Notes under the pieces: generated by a model | Databases searched by the model: none | Told to the model about the DNA's origin: nothing | What the model saw: only the letters and a program-made list of their open reading frames with translations | In this document: positions 35,433-47,770 of the stretch, piece after piece | Position numbering within the stretch: the first letter of the stretch is position 1 | Layout of the letters: each line of letters begins with the position of its first letter | Translations under genes and position numbers: made by a program | Origin: Rhizophagus irregularis | Lineage: Eukaryota | DNA length: 64,000 nt | Assembly (NCBI RefSeq): GCF_026210795.1 | Contig: NC_089434.1 | Span: forward strand, 2,790,001 to 2,854,000 | Reading direction: 5' to 3'

Positions 35433-37584
35433 ATGTTTATGGAGGAAGAAATTAGCGATAAAGATCATAAAGATGATGATGATATTGAAGTTGCGTCACT
35501 CAACGAAGTGATAGTAAAGTCGACGGTCGAAAAAATGGAAATTGATAATAGTCGTGATGCTCATTATGGAAATAAGATATCATCAGTATCTATATCTCCC
35601 AACGGTACATATGCCGTCACATATTGCGGCGATGATAACTCAATTGAAGGATGGATTATAGAAGATTCTAAACTGGTTCTAAATTCTAAATCTCCATTTA
35701 AATTGAGTGATTCTTTTTATATATTAACAGAAAAATCAATTAGGATTAAAGTTAATAATAGCCAAATTGTTTGTTGTTATACACGGAATAATTATTCAGG
35801 TTATGATGATAAATATATTAAAATAGAGGTCTATCAAATGACAAGTGAACCTCGATTAATTAAACTTAATCCGCCGATTAAATTTTGGCCCGATTCATAT
35901 GAATGGCCTATTTTCAATTTCAAAAAAAATAACGATCTTATAATTTTTCAATCAAATATACTTTCAGTTTACTCTCAAAATAACAAAATAAATGGGGATT
36001 TGATTTTAAAATCATCATCTAGATTATCAGGTAGAATAATAGGAGTAACAATTGATGTGGATAATGATAATATTTGGGCTATTTCTGACAATTATCTATT
36101 TAAATGGGACTTAGAAACACTTGAATTGAAATTTAGTTATTCTCTTGGGTTTACGGTGATTTATAATATAGATATGAAAGATAAAGATTTGACAATAATA
36201 TCTAAGGCAAATTTGACGATCGTAAAATATTATAATGAAATTGTCATTTTTTCTAAAGATGTACATTATCCAATTCGAAAAATCCAAACAGAAATTTCTA
36301 ATATTAAAGTAAAATTGCTATATGATTCGCAAAATTACTATCTTTTGGTTTTTAATATGCCTAAAAAAGACGAAAAGCAGAATATATTCTTATATCATCC
36401 AAGTGATATCAATAAAAAACCTGTAGATATATCAAAAATTTTTAAGGAAGATAACTCTAATAATAATTTTATACTTTATGAGTATAATTCAGAATCAAAA
36501 GTAGCAATTGGATTAGTTAATGGAAGATTTTCATGTATTAATTTATCAAATAAGAAATGGCATGAATTTTTTGATAAAGAAATCGAAGAAAGTTCTACTC
36601 CTTTTGAGAAGGATGTTTGCAATGATACTTTACTTGTCCCTGATATGGAAAATATTAAATCATTATTTTTAAAGAAAAGAACAATAATATATACGTTTAA
36701 AATGCTAGAATTCAAAGATAAAAAATATCATTGGAGGATATTAAAAGAAGGTAATGGATATGTACTTTCAGTTTTAGATAGTAATGGAGTTTCATGTTCA
36801 AAAAAAGTGATTCCACGATTAAGAAACTTTGAAATTCTTGGAAATAATGCATTGGTAATAAGGTTAGATAACTATCAGCTAATAATATTTGAGTATGATC
36901 ATGATAATAAGGAAATTAAAGGCAAATATTACTTTAAAGTTGAACCTTTGTTTGGTTACTTTCATAAAAAAACCAGATTTTTCTTCTATTACCCTCTAAT
37001 TTACAATTTTATTATAGAATCTTCATTTATAAATAAATTTTCAGGAAATATATTACCTATAACAGATATAAATACAGTTGGAGTATGTAAAAAAAATACG
37101 GATTTTTATGCAATATGGTCAGAGATGATCATTAGTCTTATTGAAGATGATAAATATTTTGAGAAATATGGAGCAACTTTATTACCAATGTTAATAAAAT
37201 CAAATGATCCAAAATCAGCTCATCATATAAAAGAGATATATAATAAATGCATTAAACTTGTTAAGGAAGATTTGAAGAGAAATCTGAAATTACTTAATAT
37301 TATTACATCATCTATGTATGACTTATATAAAAAATATCCTGATTATTTAACACAGTTTAATTCTGAAATGTTTTTGGTTTTAGACCCATATTTTGAAAAA
37401 ACTAATAATAATAGCAATGAGTATTATTCACATTTTCACACTTTTACTCAAGAAATAGATAATAATAAAATATTCAAATTAAGACAAATAATAATAAATT
37501 GGATAATTGGGATATATACATTTATAACTCTCAGAATACTTCAATTTAAATCATATGATTTTTCTGAGAATTTTGATGATGATT

Positions 37585-37615
<31 letters not shown>

Positions 37616-38475
37616 CTATATATACTATATTTTTCGTAGACTTCGTTTTGGTTACAACTTAATAATTGATAAATACAAAAAAATGCATCCTAAATGGTAT
37701 ATTTTATATACTATTGGGATTATATTGGTTATTATATTGACGCCTATTTTAATTCTTTTATTTGTGATTTTTACAATTTATTCGAAGATTTTAGATATTA
37801 TTTTCATATATACTGTTACCTTAACAGCCTATTTATTGATTTTACCATTTATGATTGTTTATTTAGTTTCCATATATTTTGATAAAAAACGTATAGCTAA
37901 ACAGTGTATTATTTTTATCGTACCTTATATAAATTATTCTAGTTACCCTTCAAAATATAATTGGTGGAAAGAAATAATTTATCCTCCATCAAATAACTTT
38001 ATTAAGACTTGCAAAAAAGAATTTTACACAAATTGGAATGGTGAAGCAGTTATTGATTTTAAATGGAAAAAATTTGGAAGATTATATTATTTTATTATTT
38101 GGTTAATATTTATAGCTTTTCTTATATGTTTTACAATTGCTTCTTACCCTACAAATTCTTTATCACAAGAAATTCGTATTAAACTTTACAAAACTTCAAT
38201 TGCTTTTGGATTTTTTCATCTTATATTTGAATTAAGACAATTTATCTGGAGTCCAAAGAAATATTTGAATATTTGGAATGTGTTTGGTAAGCTTATATCA
38301 AAGTTCATTTGATTTTTTTATTATACTTAACGTCTAACTTTTTTTTTTTACAAATAAAACAGATTTAAGTGCATATCTTTCAGTTACTATCACATCAATT
38401 TATTTAATTAAATATGATAATGTACCAGACTGGGCATTATCAGTTTCATGTTTATTATTAGATTTAAAATTTTAA
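35433..38475 (+). CDS. TRP-like ion-channel family protein, C-terminally truncated (988 aa; exons 35433-38286, 38363-38475); possibly a pseudogene
   Basis: WD40-like start ISSVSISPNGTYAVTY...SIEGW, a poly-Asp tract at 37575-37616 and WNGEAVIDFKWKKFG before the TM helices. WNVFDL spans the intron, and the protein ends at SCLLLDLKF*. Confidence 0.75.
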
Positions 38476-41400
38476 AGCTTCTTGGAATGGAAGATAAAGA
38501 TATTGAAGAGGATTAAAAAGATTATTGTCTTGAAATGACAGTGAAATTTAAAAATTTTTTTATTGGGCAAAGTGGTTTTTTTCAATGATATCATATAAAT
38601 ATGTTTAAATAAAAATTTGTATTTAATATGGTTTTAAAAATGTTTCATATAATAAAAGTCATTTTGAAAATCACGTTAAAAGTTAAAATTCCATTTCTGA
38701 GATAAAAAATGGCATTCTTTTAATGATATTTTTTTTACAACTTTTTAAAATATTAATAAGTCATTACTAATGTATTTTTGTAATATTAATTAATTTTAGA
38801 TATCAACTTTAAAATCAGATTATAATTCAATTTAAAATTCTCGTAATATATTGTAGTTTGCGCTAGTAATTTTTTTTTTTTCGCAGCGCATTTATAGATT
38901 TATTAAAGTAAAATAAATAGAAAATTTACTGCACATAATGTACGAATATATATGCTACTCTAATATTATTGATCTATAAACCACTCATCATTCTACGTAT
39001 GAGAACCCCACGTGTGCACTGTCGGATGCTCAGTAGGTATGTCACGTGTGAAACGAGAAATCTTAGCGAAAACGCCCTACAGTCTAAGCCTGGTAGACCA
39101 CAAGACCCAGCTGGTTGTAAATTGTAATTAATTAAATTATAAACTTACATGTATATTAATATTTATTAGAATTTTTTATTAAATTTACTACAGCAGCTGT
39201 ACTTTTTTTTTAAGCTGCGGTTTGCCAAATAGCATATATTTATTTTAATTTAGGCCAGCATTATAAATTTGGCCGGAATTATAAAATAAAAATTATAATT
39301 TAGCCAAAAAAATAAGTCATAGTCCATTTAGATTTGGAATTGGACTGGACATCTCCATTAGGTCCAAAGTCCAATAGTCCATTACTGGGAATTGGACAAA
39401 GTCCAATTCCAACACTGAACTCGGGTAATCATTCCATTATGAAACGTAGGTTGTAATGTCCATCTAAAGATCGGACTTCTTGAAATTGTCTTTTATACGG
39501 ATTGAAAGTTTTTGTTCCAATGTCTAATAAAATTTGTTCATGATTAATAAAAATATTTTTGTGTAAGTATGTGAACAAGTCCAAAGATGGTGATTCGATT
39601 GTTGACGATGAAAACACATAATAGGGTTCAGTATCAGTATAGGAAAGTGTAGAAACATCAGTAGTTGGCTATTTATTATATATCATGTGTATCACATGAT
39701 ATATTATTATTAACGACTGTAAACTTTTTAAACTTTCTTTTTTTTTACTTTTAACTAAATTTTTAACTTAAATTTTTAACTTTATTTTTTTGGATTTTTT
39801 TTTTAACAAAACTTCTTTCCTCTTTTACCTCTCTTTCATTCTTCCCTTTTATCTATCTTGTTCTTACAATATCCTTATCTGGTTTATTCAGGTTGGGTGT
39901 ATTTCTTTTTAATACTCTTATTCGAAAAAACAAAAAATGAATACCTGTATAGTATAGTTTAAAAAACTATACTGTAATGATTTTCGTCATCGCCACTATA
40001 CAACATCGGAGGTATACTCGATATCGTTTAACCGTTACCATAACTTTAATTGACGTTTTACTAAAACAGATGCCAATTTCCTTAATATGCATCAACTTTA
40101 TACATACGACTTACTTAAACTTATCGTGATGGTATAATACCATACCATGACCAAATCTTGATACGATAAATTTTGACTGAATAGTTTCTGCAATGTTCCA
40201 CTAATGATGTCCCATGATTGTATTCGCTCGCTTTACGTTCACATAAGTAAATTTAATTAAAATCTGTATATGACTTCTCTCTTCCCCTCTCACTCTTCTC
40301 TCTCTCGTTTTCCCCTACCTTTTCTCTCATACTTTTGTAGGACAGTTCCTTGAAATTTTCTTTAATTTCAGTGATTCTCTTTGAAGGATGTGTAGATCGG
40401 TGTCTTGGAATGAATTGGTAAGTTTATTTTTTTTATATTTATTTTGGTTTTTTAAATTTTTTTATTAATTTTTTTATCTTTTATTTTGTAGATATCAACA
40501 GATTGCACTTCCTGGATCGAATTGATAGGTTTTAAAGCGTTACCTTTTTTTAAAGTTTTTTTTATTTCTTTTTTGTAGGTTTCAGCTTTCTGAATCCTGG
40601 ATGATAGGATCGAAGGATCGATCAGTAAGTTTTGAAATGGTTTGTTTAGAAACTTTTTTTTTAAAATTATTATTTTATAAGAGCAGAGTTGAGTTTCATT
40701 TGGAAAGGATCCGATATATACTATCTTAGTTCTAGATATTAAGGTTGAACCGGAATGAGCAATCGCAATATTGTATTCCTTTGGTGCAATACACTTAAAA
40801 GAAATAAAGTGACGAGTCTTTATATAGTCCTCAGCATTAATTTTGTATAAGTCAAAAAGTCGACAAGCAGAAACTAAAGCTATTAAGAACTGAAAGTGAT
40901 CTTACAGTATATGAAAGGTCCCTGATTGATATAGAGGAATTGTCACTAAAAGCAATAATATAGTCCAATGAAGGGGATCATTCTTAGATATATACAAAGC
41001 ATATATATGCATAGCCTTGACAATATCCAGATGATTTCCAATCTAGTGGTCTGAACCGGTGAACACAATCTGTTGATCCGTCAGATATGTCCGTTAAATT
41101 TGTTGAACGGATAGTTTTCACCAGATCAGCAGAAATTAAGTGGAATGAGTGGATATCTGGCAGATATCCACTTCTGATCGGAATGTTAACTTTTAGCACT
41201 TTTGTTATTTTTCCCAATTTCTCATATTTTTCGTGAATAAATTTCTAACAACATTCAAATAAATGAAAGCGCTGAGTTTATAATATAAAAATTACTTTAA
41301 TGTTGTTGTCACTAAAAAAATAAAAAAAATTACAATGAATGACAAAAAAATTGTGTTTTCATATTTGGTGATTAAACACTTCCATTACTTTAATTAATTT

Positions 41401-41838
41401 GTTTTCGTTTTCTCGTGTAAAAAAAAAGTCGTTCCGTTTTTTTGTATTTCATCTTTTTTCCATAAAAGGCTCATATTTCCGGAATATATCACGGAATTTT
41501 ATCAAATTTTTTACATTTTCCGTGAATGGATCCGTAAAAGGCTCATTTTTACGGAGTTTTTACAAAATAATGGATAAAATTTTTTTATAAAGTTTCGAAG
41601 TTAGCAGAACATCATGAAACTACGAAAGTGAATTCATATGTTAAATGTTTATATTATTTCAAGTTGTTTTACTGTTAAGTGCTAACTGAACGTTTGAAAA
41701 ATTATTTTATCAAATCAAGTATTTCAAAAAAAAAAAAACCCCCCGTAAAAAATTTAAAATATAAAGACATCGAAAATCTTTTCCCTCTGTCTCACTTAAC
41801 ATTAACAAAATATTCCGTCATTTAAAAAAAAAGGAAAT

Positions 41839-43487
41839 ATGACATATGGAAAGTGTAATAACCGAAATTTACAAACTGGTGTTAAATGTGGATGCCTTAG
41901 ATCTCGTGTCCAGTCCATTAATGATCATTCATGCAAAGCCTGTAAACACGATCTGAACTATCACGAAATCAATCAACCCCAATCATCGAAAAATTTTTAC
42001 AACTTGAAAAATAATCGTAAAATAAAATCTATTCACACGAAAGGTTTATTACTTTCAAGTTGATCGATATAGTCGGTGGAAAACCAAACCAAAAAATACC
42101 TAGAGAGTAAATATACATATAATTTTCATTGGTTTATTTGTTTTTTGTTTTCTTTATCAATTATTATTAAAATTTACCATAATATAAAATTAAGTGTTAA
42201 AAAATCGGGTAAAATGAAATCAACTCGCTTTACTGAAGTATCAAATATTGGAATAAAAAATGCAGTTGAATCATCATTTCCTCATTTTATGAACAAGCGT
42301 TGGCAATTTTTCCGTCATACGTCAATATCAGATCTTGAGATCGCTTGTGAACCAAACTTTGGATGGAGTGTCGATGCATTAAAAAGGTAAACCAAATTAA
42401 ATTTTTGTTGTCTTTGCTGTCATTTATTTTATTAAAATTTAAAACTCTATAATTTTTATCAGTATTGCTTGTGCTAGCCGTAGGGATTGGAATCGATTCT
42501 CAAAATGAGAATCGATTTAAGAATCGATTAATCGCGATTAATCGAATCTCGAAATTCGATTTTAAGATTCGATTTTCTATTTCGATTAAATCGATTCTAA
42601 TCGATTCTATGCATCAAAAAAAAAAAAATAATAATCATCATTTGTGATTAAATTTGTGCCGCAACAATTTTAATAGGCGAAAAATCTATTTTTTTTTACA
42701 GTAATTTTGCTTGGGCGTTGCTAAATCCAACCGCTGGCGCTTAATTTCAGCCGGAATTATAATTTGACTGGAGTTAATTGTATACATATATATATATATA
42801 TAAAGTTGTATAAATCACTAAAATCTATTTCGTAATGGTTAAAAGTGGTCTAAATAACCCTAAAAATGCTAAGTTTGGTATGCTTAATTGATGGATATTT
42901 GACCACTTTTAGGGTCATTTAGACCACTTTTAGGTCATTTAGACCACTTTTAACCATTAACTAAAAAAGTCAACTTTATTAGGTTATACAGTTAACTCCG
43001 GCCAAATTATAATTCCGGCCGAAATTAAGCGGCGAGAATCACCTGCGGTGAGATTTAGCAACGCCATATTTAATTTTTATGTTCAATTAATATATAAATT
43101 AAAGTAATTTTATTGTGCATTAACTAAAGGAAAATAAATTAATTTATGTAAAAATAATAAAAAAAAATTAATTAATTTAAAAAAAAAGCTAAAAAAAATC
43201 GAATTACTGCGCCACAATAAAAGATTCGATTATTTAATTCGATTTTCGATTAATCGATTTAGATTCGATCTTCGATTAATTCGATTTTGCTAGAATCGAT
43301 TCCATTCTCTAGCGCTAGGAGGAAATTGTATGTAGGAATTGTACATGATCCGATTCAAATGACTTCCTCGTTAATTTATCAACCAATTCGACCAGATAAT
43401 ATAACTTCGGAAGTATCAGGCATCGATTTTAAACAATTCTTACAACAAAATTTTATGTCACTAAATGTAGTGGAATTCGCCATGTGA
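41839..43487 (+). pseudogene. Family member X2, a disrupted duplicate of X1
   Basis: A 1-bp deletion near 42020 gives a stop at 42061-42063, and an 831-bp element interrupts exon 3 just before RRKLYVG. Confidence 0.85.
42481..43311. mobile_element. hAT-like element (same ends as 9796-10288) with an internal TIR element at about 42712-43066
   Basis: Ends TAGGGATTGGAATCGATTCT / AGAATCGATTCCATTCTCTA and a degenerate TSD (GTGCTAG / GCGCTAGG). The empty site GTACTAGG is visible in X1. Inner ends TGGGCGTTGCTAAATC / GATTTAGCAACGCCA. Confidence 0.88.
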
Positions 43488-43886
43488 TGACGCAAAAAAT
43501 TAATTTACTCATAAATATTTTTGAAATTGTCAGGTATATTATTCTGCAACCAACCTGTTGGATTAACTATGCATCCTTTTCTCTGCTTATAGGTCTTCTA
43601 AAAATCGAAAGTTGTCTGGCGCATAGTTTTGATTATTACGGTATATTTATATTATTTTTAAATTTATAATTTATTTCAATTAGTAAAATTTGTTGTTAAA
43701 AATGTTTAAATGTAATAGTTTTTATGTATTCATTCAGCTATTTCGTTCAAAAATAAATTGGTATAATACGGAACAACATTTAATATTTATTGAAAGCATT
43801 TTTTTTTTAATACAAATTGAATGTTGGAGAATGGTTATAAAATCCAAAAGACGAATTAAAATTTACTCATTAAAATAAAAAAATAT

Positions 43887-44032
43887 TGGGTATTGCTAAA
43901 CATCACCGGTTGTGATGGTCACCGGTGGTGAAATTATGATGTAATGCTGGCCAGTATTTTATTAGATTTTTAATTCCGGCCTAAAGTACATCATAATGCT
44001 GGTAAGGTGATGGTGAACTTTAGCAATTTTCA
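43887..44032. mobile_element. Small TIR element absent from duplication copy 1
   Basis: TGGGTATTGCTAAA / TTTAGCAATTTTCA with AAAATAT duplicated. The empty site is near 6135 and an inverted half-copy lies at about 53858-53942. Confidence 0.7.
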
Positions 44033-45471
44033 AAAATATGTATATATAGAAGTGAATTTTGTTTTTGTTCCGTCTACGTATCACGAACTAATTTTTATTT
44101 TGATTCAATGCAATTTTTTTATGTAATCTTTTTACCAATAGGTCGGTTCTAAATTTGGATCAAATGATATTTATAGTCATAGTTTATCCACAAAGATTAC
44201 ATCAAGATAACAAATTTTAAATCTTGTGCTTATTGAGTTCACCCCCTTTCAAATCAGCTGATTTCTGGCGAGTAATGTGGTAATAAAATAATTTTGTAAA
44301 TTATGAGAAACTTTGTTTCTATACAGTATTGTATACTACAAAAAAGCATTATAAACATCTTGTGTCTTAAATGACGTTCGTGCGTATATACAGTATGGTC
44401 GACGATTCTTTTGATACTACTAGCTGCAAACAATTATGCAATTTAATATTAAATAGTACTATATACTGAGTGTTATATTTGTAATACATAATACCTTTTT
44501 CCTTATCACTGGAATTTTTTTCAACTTTGTATATTACACTGATTGGCTCTATCGCCAGCTATCGCCCACATTTAATTTGCATAATATCTTGGAAAAAAAT
44601 TTTCGCATCTTTAAAATATTAAAGAATATTGCTTTTAATAAACTTGAAGTTAATTTTCATACTTTAAAAAATTATTTTTCATACTTTTAAAATTTTGACC
44701 ATATTTTAATAAAAATATAATTGTTGTCCGGAGCGAAGCGAAGGACAATATACGCACTATGAAAAAAAAATCGATCACGTGAATTTCTCTGTCCGCCACG
44801 TGATCGTCACCCAATAATTCGCAAATTTAGCTTTTTCGCTCCCGTTTCCCAGTTTATTTATAATTTTGCTAAATGCTCCCAGGATACGACAAGTGATCCT
44901 GGCTAAATGCCAATAAAATTGATAAAACAAATAAAGATATATAAATTATTAAATAAAACAATGTGAAAATTTTATTTAATTTAATATCTGTTTATTTTAT
45001 TAAGCATTATACACTAATGTCTGATAATGTCTGAAATGAGAAACGCGTCAATTAATACTACTACCCCCTTAATTCTATTCTATGATTGTTAAAATTATAA
45101 TTATATAATACCCGGTATCACCTACGGGTATTATTCATTTTTAAATCGAATAAATTATAAAAGACCCGGGGTACTTTAGGCAGTTCTAGACGTTAAACGT
45201 AAATATATAAGCACAAAAAAACGTGTGGAAAATCCCTCAGGATGAGTCACGTGCATGATTGGTAGGAAAATTACAATAATTTTGGCCAGAATTTTTGAAG
45301 ATTTTAAATTTAAAAAATCACGTGAAATTTTTTGCTACGGTCTGGTCCGGAAGACCGGAACTTAACAACGTTAAGACCATAGCTTTCGTTCCTAAACCAC
45401 AAGTTCAGTAACGAGATTATTTACGGCGGAATTAGAGCGTTACTACGCTTGAAATCAGTAACAAACCGTTA

Positions 45472-45599
45472 TTTTAATTGTCCGGAGCGAAGCGAAGGAC
45501 TATATATTATGAAATGATCAATCACGTGACTTTCTATGTCCTCACGTGACGCCGTCCAAATCTCTTTTTTCGCACCGGACAACGGTTTTCGTTTCCTAG
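45472..45599 (+). mobile_element. Helitron/Helentron-like non-autonomous repeat
   Basis: Subterminal inverted repeat TTGTCCGGAGCGAA / TTCGCACCGGACAA and a 3' CTAG-T end. Related starts at 44724 (+), about 7703 (-) and about 2200 (-). Confidence 0.55.
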
Positions 45600-46863
45600 T
45601 TGATAATTGGATTTCAACGTTTAATAACGAAACACACTTCGAATGACCGACACCGACAACAGCAAACGTACAAACGTATAAAAAATTTTAAATTTTGCAT
45701 AACTATAAATGTGAAAAAAATCTTATTTTTTTTATTATTGATTACATAGTCTCCTGCTTTATTAGTTGATCAAAACAATTATAGCAATAAAATTATAAAA
45801 TCGAGACCAAAAATTTTCAAACATATTTATTCCTTTATGAACATAGAAATGTAAACTTATTATTTGAACTTTTATGGTTACATAACTTTAAATAATTTTT
45901 ATGATCTAAATTGTATATTAAACTTTTTTTTTTTATTTTAATTAATTAGATTAACTTAGAAAAATACACGCACAACCTGTAGAACTTTTGTTCGTCTGCA
46001 TTATTAATTTGCTTCATCCGGAAATACGTAATTCCACTATAAAAAAGGTCACGTGAACTTCTCTGTGCTCAACGATTATTTGATTGGTTTTTAATTACCA
46101 GAATTTTGTGTTCAAATTCGGGAATTACATAATAAAACAAAAATTTTTTTTTTTGAACGCACTTTTTTTTTAACATATTTTAAAAGATTACACTAATGTT
46201 CCGTAAAATTTGAACCATATTTATCCGCCAGGATTCATTCTTACTGGAATACATGAATAATTTCCAATTCTCAATAGTCACATGAATTTTATGATTTTTT
46301 AATTTATTATCGTTGTATAAAAAAAAAAATTTTTTTTTGTCTTACATTATACAAACTATAAAAAGACCCGCGACGCATTTTCAAAAAAAGTCTCAAAAAC
46401 AATAAATCTTTTTACTTTCATATGAGATTTTAATGTTTTATTTTTTAATTTATTTATTTTTCTTTTTTTTTTCCTCACTAAACGTGAGCTTCTTAAAGTA
46501 TAGTTATCTAATAAAAATTTAACTCTACATCCTATTCAAATCGTTTTGTATAAAAAAGAAAATATAAAACTTATCAAACGGCCTAATTTTCTAATCCTTC
46601 AAAAATATCAATATTTATATTCCTTATATGAGTTATATCAGTTTTTTATTTTCATTTTTTTTTTGTTTCGCTAGCGTGATATATACATTTATTTATTTTT
46701 ATTTTTTTCAAGAAAAAATTCCTTCGTAACTTCTATTTTTGGTAGCCTCACAATTTTGTTACCTGCAAAGAAGTTATTTTATATTTCATAAGCTTCTTTT
46801 TAAGTAAATACGAATATATTTTACATTTATCTATATAACAAAAAAAAAATTTTGAGCAGAACA

Positions 46864-47770
46864 ATGGCTTATACCGCAGCACTTGATTTGGATTTGGTAA
46901 ACCAATCAACAATAAAAGTTCAACCTATACAAAACTATCATGAGTTTAGATTATTTTATCAACCACCAAATGATGATAATTTTTATCACGTAACTTTTAA
47001 ACCGATTTTACAACATTCGGAAAATTTGGAAGATGATTACGATTTTGAGTTCTTTTATGGTGGTTATTATGTTGCGTGTAAACTATTTCCACGCTCCTTG
47101 ATTATTGATATATTGAATAAGGAAATTTATGGAATTGATTTCGATGTAAACAACCTGAAATGTAAACATGCACTAATTTTGAAACAAAAGATTAATCTCG
47201 AACAAAGTTTAATTCCTTTTTTACAAGGAAAAGTTTTAAAAAGGTTCGTGTCCTAAAATTTCAAACTTTATTATCACTTTATTTGAATCTTGATTGATTG
47301 ACATCATTATTATTATTAGGGATTTCTCAAGTACCTCAGTAGATCAATTTCTAACTACGCAACCGAACGAACTTGGATTATTTTATCAACCACCAAACGA
47401 CATTAACATTTATAATGTTAATTGTAAAATTACTTTGCAAGATTATCATCAAAATGATGATGATAATTATGATTACGAGTTCTTTTATGAAATTTCAAAT
47501 GATATGAGGCATGTTACATGTAAATTTTTACCACCTTCTTTGGTTATAAGTATATTGAACAAGAAAATTTATGGAATTGATTTTGATGTGAACGACTTGA
47601 AACGCAACCATAAATTAACTTTGCAACAAAAATTAAATCTCGAGCGAAATCTGAAGAAATTATTTCTTTACATTCCTGAGAGAGAAATGAGATCAGATTC
47701 TGATGGAAATAGTACGATTTCTTTTCAAGGAAGTATTGAAAGCAATACGACAAACGGTTTCGATAACTGA
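46864..47770 (+). CDS. Orphan two-domain protein, paralog B (exons 46864-47243, 47320-47770)
   Basis: Same duplicated domain and same phase-2 intron as 22426-23300, with a near-identical C-terminus (EMRSDSDGN...ISFQG.IESN.TNGF.N). Confidence 0.8.

Larger units (their letters stand above)
41276..44385 (+). repeat. Segmental duplication, copy 2
   Basis: Collinear with 4285-6430, plus insertions at 42481-43311 and 43887-44032. Confidence 0.92.

Noticed and set aside
38990..39150. GC-richer block possibly a LINE 3' end or structured RNA
   Set aside because: No tRNA cloverleaf, no TSD and no second copy in the window.
40310..40680. Series of GT-AG-like signals with tiny exons
   Set aside because: No consistent open frame could be assembled; probably a repeat.
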